The notes below the pieces were generated by a model. It did no database searches. It had not been told where the DNA came from and was given only the letters and a program-made list of their open reading frames with translations. Shown here piece after piece: positions 53,481 through 64,000 of a DNA stretch of 64,000 nt; positions within the stretch are counted from its first letter, which is position 1; each line of letters opens with the position of its first letter. The translations under genes were made by a program, and so were the position numbers. The stretch comes from the human T2T-CHM13v2.0 reference genome, Homo sapiens: the NCBI RefSeq assembly GCF_009914755.1, contig NC_060925.1. One strand, given 5' to 3'.

Positions 53481-55031
53481 AGGTGGGCCCTGCCACGTAT
53501 GGGAGCAGGGCTCCTGCCTGGCACAGGCTGGGATGAGAGGCTCTGCCCCTCATAGCGAGAGTGTCGCTAGGGGCAGAGCCATCACGGGTCAGGGGTAAAG
53601 GGAGGGGGACACGGTGGGGCTGGAGTGGTGGGAGATTTGTAGCCCAGGTAGGGGGGTGCCCTTGCCTAACTTGGTGGGGCTAGAACCCGAGTACTGATGC
53701 AACCAAGCTGGTTTCCTACTGCAGCTGCACTCTGGCTCCCACAGTTTCTGTCACCCCATCACTGATGACTGAGGCGTGACCTACAGGAGGGCCTGGCCTA
53801 CATAGCAGAGAAACAGAGGCCTTAGGGATAAGGGGCGGCAGCCTGGCTGGCTGGCCAATGAATCCAGGTCCAAGCTTAGCGGGTACTTCCTGCCGCCGGG
53901 TCCAGCGCCAGCCAGTTCACCTGCTGTGCAACCCTAGCTAAGACATGTCTCCTCCCCCCTGCCTCAGTTTCACCATCCTGGGGGACTCTTCCTGCTTTGG
54001 CATCATTAGAAGTCCTACCTCTCTCCCAGGCAATCTTCAAAAAATTTTCTGATAGCAGAACAAAAACCAAAACCTGATACTCGATACCTCTTTTGAGTCC
54101 ACTAAGCAGCCCCTTAAGAGAAGCAGAGAGCTCAGAGTCAGGCTGAAAAGCTGTGTTACCCTAAGTTACTTCCCTCTCTTCAGTTTCCTTTCCTGTAAAA
54201 TGGCCATTGATAATGACTATTTCCATCCCCACAGGATAGCTGTGAGGATTAAGTGAGCTGTTGGGTGTAAACTGCTTTGCAGGGGTTAGGAGCATTACTC
54301 TTACTCAGAGAGGCAGTAGCTTCAGGCCCAACCTTTCCTGAGGCCAGCCCCTGACACGCCCTCAGCTTGTGGCAGCAACAGAGATGGGAGGGCCTCCTGG
54401 GACATTCCTGAGCCTGGTGTGGCCACAGCTGAAGAAGCAAGTCTGCATATACTCTGTGGTGAGAGCCTGGCTGGTCTCAGGGCTTGCAGGGAAGGGAGTT
54501 TTTAGAGAAGGAAATGGTTGTGGTGAGACAGAATGATGGAGCAACTTCTTGGGGATCTGGGTGGAAAGCCCCCACTCCTGGTATGTTCTCATGGTGGGAT
54601 GTGGAGCAGATAATGCAGCCCTGCACCAACCTCATTCACCATCAGAAAGTACCTGGTGTTCACCGACTGCTGGGCTAGAGCAGAAACAGGTTTTAACATG
54701 AAACCTCAGACCACTTGCCATTTCTGGGCCTCAGAACCTCCCTCCCCCCAAGCAATTACTAGGGTCATCTGGAGGCTGGTCCTGCCAGCCAAGCCTCTAT
54801 TCCGCCACTCCAAGGGATGGGCCAGGAAAATAGCCTTTGGAGTTAGCTCCTGATTTGCTGGTGACATGGGATGTCCTTTCCCCTCTTTGGACCTCGGTAC
54901 TGGGTGAGAGTGAAGTTGTATCTGGTTTGGCCGTGGCATGACCTTGAACCCAAGATACTGTGGCCATGCCAAGTATTTTGTAAAGTTTGGACTGTTGGAC
55001 AGTGGAAAGGCCAAGTGCTGTGGAGGAATGA

Positions 55032-55361
<330 letters not shown>

Positions 55362-56011
55362 TGAACTCCTGGACTCAAGCGATCTGCCCACCTCAACCTC
55401 CCAAAGTGCTGGGATTACAGGCATGAGCCACTGTGCCTGGCTGGGACATTCCTCTTTAGGCCTCTCCTTCCTTCTCTGTAAAACAGGAGGCAGGTGAGCT
55501 TCCAGGGTCCTGGGCCCTGTGATTCTGCTTCTCAGCTGTGACCTTGGGCAAGTCAGTTCATCTTCACCTCTCTGCATCTTGGTTTCTCCATCTGTCCAAT
55601 GGGTATTTTCCCCCTCCCCATTCTCAGAGTTGCTGAGCTCAAATGGGGTGATGAGCACTAAGGTGTTTTGAACAGGAAAAGTGAAAAGGGCTTCTGCAGG
55701 GCAGCTCCTTTGAAGCCCCAATCTCCTTGCCCTCACCTGTCCTCCCAAGAAGGTGTAAAGCCTTTTGTGGAGTTCCACCTAAAACAGAGGCCTCCGGTTA
55801 GCTCCTTCCTCAGACCCTGCTGGGTTATCTGACAGGCCCATAGCCTAACCTGGCTGGTGACTGGCTGCTTCTCTCTAGCTGGCACAGCCCTGGTGTCCAG
55901 GCTACGAGAGAAGAGGCCTGGGTCTCTGCCCAGTGGCTTCTGCAGCAAAGGGTTTTCTAGTCAGATAGAACAGGGTTTGAGCCCCAGCTCTGCCACATTT
56001 TAGCTGTGAGC

Positions 56012-56212
56012 TGTGATGGTTAGTTTTAGCCATTTTACAATTTGATGGTGTCAGTCCGACTGCACCATGGGATACCCAGATAACTTTGGACTTGGACTGG
56101 AACTAAACCACTCTCCTGGGTCTCCAGCTTGCCGACTCACTCTGCAGATCTTGGGACTTGCTGGCCTAGCGTGATATATATAGATCCTATTGGCTCTGTT
56201 TCCCTGACTGGT
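56012..56212 (+). mobile_element. MLT2-like LTR remnant, internally deleted
   Basis: Starts TGTGATGGTTAGTTTT and contains GGGTCTCCAGCTTGCCGACTCACTCTGCAGATCTTGGGACTT and TCCTATTGGCTCTGTTTC. Confidence 0.6.
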
Positions 56213-56488
56213 ACAGAGGCCTTGGGCAATTTGCTGCTTCTTCTGAGTCTGTTTTGAAATCTGTAAAAAATGGAAATAATAATTCCTAGCACAAGGACCA
56301 CTTTCCTGCTTTAGAATTCCCATTATTGGCTGGGTGCCGTGGCTCACGCCTGTAATCCCAGCCCTTTGGGAGGCCAAGGTGGGCGGATCACAAGGTCAGG
56401 AGTTCAAGACCAGCCTGACCAACAAGGTGAAACCCCGTCTCTACTAAAAATACAAAAATTAGCTGGGTGTGCTGGCACCTGCATGTAA

Positions 56489-56969
<481 letters not shown>

Positions 56970-57884
56970 TGAGCCACTGTGCCTGGCCTTTTGCAAGTAT
57001 TTCAAGGACATGCTCTGCTCTGTCCTGGCCCACCTTGCCAAAACTCATTTCATCCATCCCTGACTGGACACTCTCACTGGACACCATTCCCTTTCCAGCC
57101 TCCATGCCTTTGTACAAGCTGTTCCCTCCCTTGAAATATGCATATTCTCTTTAGTCTACCTGGTAAACTTACACGTCCTCAAGACCCATTTCCAATGTGT
57201 GCTCTTCTCAAGGCTTTCCCTGACTCCCCTAGGAGTTGTCTGTGCCCTCACAATGCCTGGCACATCCTTTGGCTATTGCATTATCCATGACACATTGGGG
57301 CTTGGGGTCTGTATGTCTCCTCCCTCCAAACTGTGACCCTTTGGAAGGCCTGGCTCCAAATCACTCATCTCCATATAAAACAACAGAGTGGTAGTTTCCC
57401 CTTCCTCGTGTTCTTTCAACATTTTTCAGTTTCTGGAGCACTTTTAAGATCCTTGATCTCACTTAAACTCATCACAACTCAGGGAAGGAGACAGAGCCAA
57501 GATTAAAGCCCCCAGTTCGTCCCACCTTCCTGGCCAGGGCTTTTTCAGAAAGGAGATGTCCAATGGGGAGTGGGGGTTGGTTCTTTGGTATCTAAGGTTT
57601 CCAGCTCAGCAGGAGTTAGGGAGGTTGGGGCCTGCAGGTTGGCAGAGGGTGCAAGGGCAGATGGAGGCCACAGGAAAGGGTCAGGTCTAGGGTAGGTAGG
57701 AAAGAGCTGGATCTGATTTCAGATGTATACCTCTGTGGGGCCTTAGGCAGCACTCATTTCTTCTTTTCCTTTTCTTCTCTCTTCCTCCTCTTTCTTCTTC
57801 CCTTCCTCCCTCCCTCCCTTCCTCCTTTCTTCTTCCTTCTACTCTTCATTTCTTCCTCCTCCTCCTCTTTTTTTTTTGAGATAG

Positions 57885-58493
<609 letters not shown>

Positions 58494-61400
58494 TGAATCG
58501 TTTTTAGCTCCATAAAAGGTAGCTCTGAGGGTCAAAGTGGAATGTATAAGATAATCCAAGTGTGGGTGCTCTGGGAATGAAAGGGACTGAAGAAACTATA
58601 GACATGGCAAATACATGCCCCTAAATGTATTCAAACACTTCAACTGCTCCCAGCTTGCTGACAAGTGATCTGTTATTGTTAGAACCCCCTCCCCCAGGTA
58701 CTCTAAAAACTCATCACCAGAACCCAAGTCTTTTCCTTAAGGGCCTAGAGGCCCTCCCAGTACCACGAAAGCTCTTGAATGGGATCAAGGCCTTCTTAGG
58801 GCCCAAAGATAACCCCTCCCACTTCAGGGCTTGAGGGCACAGTGTTCAAGAGCTTGGAGCTTCCTATAGCTTACAAGTCTCTGATGGTGGCACTCACATC
58901 CCTTAGAGAGATTACAGGGGCCTGCACTGCTTGCCCAGCATGGGGCTCATGCTCCATTTCATCCAAAAGCAGTTCTGTTTGCAATCTCAAGGGCAGAAAT
59001 ACCATAATTTGCTCTGAATGTCTGCTCTGAGCTCTGGGGACCCTCAGGCTCAGAACAGGGTTGCTCCCAAGTCAAACATATCTCTCAGGTCACTATGGTA
59101 TTCCTCCAGGAAGTTGTTTCCCAGGAAAGTCCCTGGGAAACAACTGGGAACGTGTGTCTGTCATTCAGGGGTAGCCTGGCTCAGGGCAAAGCTGGGAAAG
59201 ACAGCAACAATTTTCCTCCATGATCTCACCAGGTTATCCTGGAGCCCAGAGATGTGTGTTCTCATCCTAGTTCTGACCTTGTTGTGATCACGGATGAATC
59301 ACTTAGACTTCCCAGGTCTGTATGCCTCTGAATAGGGAGAGTGGGCCCTATCTCACAGAGGATCCAGCAATATTAAAGATATGAAAATTCTTTGCTGTTG
59401 ACATTTGAATAATGGGAGAAAAATACCAGTGGGAGGGAACTGCAAATTAGTGGGCCTTGAGTCAGACAGATCAGAGTTTTGGCTCCAGACCTCCCTTACT
59501 GGCCAGATGACCTGAAACAAGTCATCTCGTACTTGGTAACACTCTTCCTGTGCTGCTTCAGGAAGCTGGTTCTCTAGAACCTCATGTTCAAACTGCAACT
59601 CAGGGATGCCTTCCCTGTCTGTGCAGGGAGGTCAGCTGATTGGTATGATCACATCTTTAGCATCTGTCTTCCCAGCCAGACTGAGGGCTCCCAGCAAGAA
59701 TTTTGTCTGGCCTGTTCTCCAGAGGCCAACATGGGGCCTGGCCCATAGGTGCTCCCTGTTTCTGTATCACCTACAAGTTCTTTCAGTCTTGGCTGCCTCA
59801 CTAGGCTGCTGGAGAAACCCAGAAGGTAGACGATGAGACCCACAAGTATGAGGCATTTGGAATGCATGGGCTACCCTGTGAAGAACTTTACCGGAGGTTG
59901 AAAGGGGGCAGAGTGCCCTGAACAGGAAGGCACAGGGTGGCCTTTGGCCTCCAGGGAAGGGAAGGAAGTATGAGACACAGGAAGAAATGCAAGCAGCAGG
60001 AGGAAGAGCGTTACCAAGCTGGGACTCCAGAGGCTCGAGGCCCTCTCCAGTGCCTGTGAAGCCTGTATGCGGGCTCTGCTCCTTGTAGCCTTGGAGACTT
60101 GAGCTGTGGCTCAGGAACTTGGCACTCAGTCCAGTCCCTGCTGCCTCCCACCTGCCCTGTAGCCCCATCTCCTTGCACTCACATTCCTTCCCACCATCTG
60201 CCACATGGAGCTCACCCTTTTCTCAACACCTGGTCTTTTCTGTCTCCCGACCACTGTGGAGGTTGTTCCCTCAATAGGAATGCACATCCCCTTCTCTACC
60301 TGGAAGATGTAGTAGCTCCACGTCCTTCCTATAGGGAAGCCATCCAGGACACTGCAGGCAGTCAGTTGCTCTCTCCATGGAGCCCTGCAGCTCCTTGGGC
60401 ATCCTTCTCGCTATGCAGTGCAGTACTTCCTTCTCTCTATGCAGTGCAGCACTTATCACACTAGGTTGATGGCTGGTTTTCCTGTCTGTCTCGCTCCACA
60501 CCCCCCCTCCACCCCCATCACCCCCTGACAACCAACTGGGAGCTATTTGAAGGCAGGGATCAGCTCAGCTCCTCTCTGTGGCCCCAGTGCCCAGCAGCGC
60601 TTGGTACCAAGGAGAGATCCTAAATAACCTGGGGCCTGGGTTCCATGCAGGAGGGACTACTTTGTGGTATCCCAAATGTCCAGCCTGTCACAGATGATAT
60701 TATGGAGGAAGGTCACGGACAGGAGCAATCTTATTCAACTGCCTTCCAGGAAACTGAGGCCAATGGAGGGGTAGGGATTTGCCCAAGCTCCCGCAGCACA
60801 TCAGCCACCGAGTTGGGCCTGGAACTCAGGGGTCCTGGTGCTTGGTCCCCAGCTCTAGCTGTAGCAGCTTTGAACAGTGTCCAGGCATTGAGCCAGGGTG
60901 TCTGGAGACCCCAGGGGCCCAGCCCATGCAGCTGATCACTCCACTCTGGCTCAGCCCCTCTGGCCCGGCTCTCAGCCAAAGGCAGCACGAGGCTCTGGCT
61001 GCCCCTGCCAAAGGTCAGGCCTTCAGCAATTTGGGAAGGTGGCCAGGCCACTTCCCTCAGACACAGCAAGACCTGGAGCAGTGTCTCTATTGGACTGTGG
61101 GCTCTGAGGCTGGTCCCCCAGGTGGACAGTGTCCTTCTTGCCAACTTGATTAGAACCTGGTTAAACCTGAGGTAATAATCTGAAGCCCACAGAGCAAAGC
61201 ACAGTATGGAATATGAGTTCAACAAATGTTCATTAGCGTATCATTATTACTGTGACGACGATGAGATCCTACCCAGCACAGTAACTAAAAGCACAGGCCC
61301 TGAAGTGTGCCAGCCAGAGTGCAGTCAGGCCCGCCATTTACCAAGTTATGCAACTTATTTAATTTTTTTATGCCTCAGTTTTTGAACCTTAAAATGAGAA

Positions 61401-61580
61401 TAATAGTATCTGTCTCATAGGGCCCTAGGAGAATTAAATCATTTAAAATGCATAAGGTGGCCCGGCGCGGTGGCTCATGCCTGTAATCCCAGCACTTTGG
61501 CAGACTGCTTGAGGCCAGGAGTTCGAGACCAGCCTGGCCAACATGGCAAAACCCCATCTTTACTAAAAATATAAAAATTA

Positions 61581-62032
<452 letters not shown>

Positions 62033-64000
62033 TCAAAAAAATAAAATAAAATAAATGTATAAGGTAATGAGAATGGGGCCTACAGAGAGTAATCAGACTA
62101 AGTGTTAACTGTTGTTAATACTATTAAGTGGCCAAAAGCCTTGGGCTAACAGAACACCCCTGGCCTCCGACCTGGCCTCTCTCTCCTGCTCCACATTAAA
62201 ACAAAACTGACCACATCATCCCTTCCCTGCTTGAAAAGCTTCAATAACTGGCTCTAAAATGTGTCCAAACCCTTCACATGAGAGTAAGGTCTGCTCTTCC
62301 TTGTCCTCTGCCTGCTTCCCTAGCTGCTTCTTCCAGCCTGCTTCCATTCTTCCCATGTTCCTTCAGCCATACGCATACTCACTGACCCTGGAACCTGCTG
62401 TGCTTTTTCATGCTTCCATGCCTCGTACAAGCTCTAGTGTCTGTCTTTCACCACCCAGCAGATTCCTGCTCAATTTCCCGTGTGCCCAAAGTAGTTGATC
62501 TCTCCTGTGTCCCCTTCATGTTCCAGATATCCTTTCATCCCAGCACACATCACCCAGTATTACAATGGACTGTTTACATGTGAGTTTCTCTCTGGACTGT
62601 GACTGCTTCCAGGGTTGGATTGTACCCTTTGCTTCCTGAATCCTTTTTGCCTGACTTGACGCCAGCAGGCCTGTGGCAGAAGCTCAATGTTTGTGGAAGA
62701 AGTGAGACTCCCAACTACCTATCCCTGCATCAGAGATGCAGCTCTGATCAGTTGGTGCTAGGTGTGGCAGGGTAGAGATTGAGACCTACTCTTTGTCTTT
62801 GAAGGAGCCCCAGTCCCCTGGAGAAGATGAGTCCATGTATTTACAAATAAAAGGGTGCTGAGGCTGCGTGAGTGGAGTGTGGGTCAATCACATTTCCAGG
62901 AAACAAATTAGAGGTTGCCAGGTGGGTGTGGAGAAGAAGAAGACATAGGAGGAGAAACAGGGAGGTAATGATTTCATGGAACTCTAGGTGGTTGTTTTGC
63001 GTGAGCATAAAATTAAGAGAAAGATGAAGCCAAACAGGCCTTGTGTGGCAAGATGATGAGCCTAGACTTTAGCATGCATTCAAAACTCTTCCCCGGCCCC
63101 TAATTCTAGGAACTCTCAGCCCAGGGAGGGGTTTCTAGGGCATTTCTTATGTTTCCTACAGCAGCAATGCAAGCTGAGGTATGAACCTAGAAGGGAAAGG
63201 CAGCCCAATTTATAAAACATTTACTTTGACACAGCTTATCTGATTCTCACAAAACTCTGCCCCAAGTGGCTGCCTGGCAAACTCTTACTAACCATTCAAG
63301 GTGTGGCTCAGATGTCCCCTACTTTGAGGCCTTCCCAGATCCACTTAAGCTAAGTTGATCGCTCCCTGATCTATGTTTTCCACTGCTCTCCATAAGTCTC
63401 TCTGATTTTATATCCATCTCCTCTGCTAGACTGGGAGGTCCTTGGGGGCAGGCACTGTCTCATTCATCTTTGTTTCTTGGTCTCCCAGGCCCAGCAAAGA
63501 TAAGGCAAGAGTAAATCTGTTCAATCAATAAATGTGGTATTACTGTGTCTATTTTGCAAATAGGGAAACTGAGGCTCAAAGACTGTGAATGATACATTCA
63601 AGGCCACCTAGTAAGGAGCAGAACCAGCACCTAGGCCTTGTCTGAAGAATCCATCTGGTGAGCAGGAAAGGCACAAGGTTTCACATGGTTAAGGTCAAAG
63701 TTTGGCAAACTTTCAAAGGAATTGTGCTTTGGTTCTGATCCCCGCTGCCCCAAAAACAGCACAGCTGAGGGAAGAACTTCACATTCTGCACTACCTCTGT
63801 GATGACCTGAGGTCAGGCCACTTACTTCACACTAATGCAAACTTCCCAGGTGACCACTGTCTACTTTACTCACCAGCGTCATAGCTCCAGGCACAAGCTT
63901 CTCAGCCAGACAAGCTGGGTCCAAGTCTCAACCTCAACACTTACTGTGTGACCCCTGGGTTTCAGTTTCTCAACTGTAAAATGGGGATAATGATGATACC

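Noticed and set aside
57756-57877. Long polypyrimidine tract
   Set aside because: An expanded, degenerate Alu-tail low-complexity region with no downstream exon evident.

Overview
Primate (human-like) genomic DNA that is very Alu-dense. The left 26.6 kb holds coding exons 1-8 of RNF19B (NKLAM, a membrane-anchored RING-IBR-RING E3 ligase) on the minus strand. The exon phases join into one 1745-nt open frame, the last exon lies off the left edge, and the CpG-island promoter is at about 25.6-26.9 kb. The rest is intergenic. It contains a second CpG island (about 34.6-35.2 kb) abutted by a full-length SVA, processed pseudogenes of RPL18A and RPS2, an AluYa5, and old MIR/L2/MER/MLT fragments. An MT1-type metallothionein retrocopy sits in RNF19B intron 1. 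I see no evidence of a new multi-gene system. The leads most worth testing are: (i) an Alu-flanked exon 2-3 circle that would be a stop-free in-frame ORF carrying the catalytic RING2; (ii) an SVA with an apparent ~40-nt 5' transduction inside its target-site duplication (TSD); (iii) three retrotranspositions stacked on one target site around the intact-ORF metallothionein retrocopy; (iv) an unexplained ~110-bp GT..AG-bounded insert in the RPS2 pseudogene; (v) candidate IRF, NF-kB and RFX elements. Repeat boundaries are approximate and subfamily calls were made by eye.
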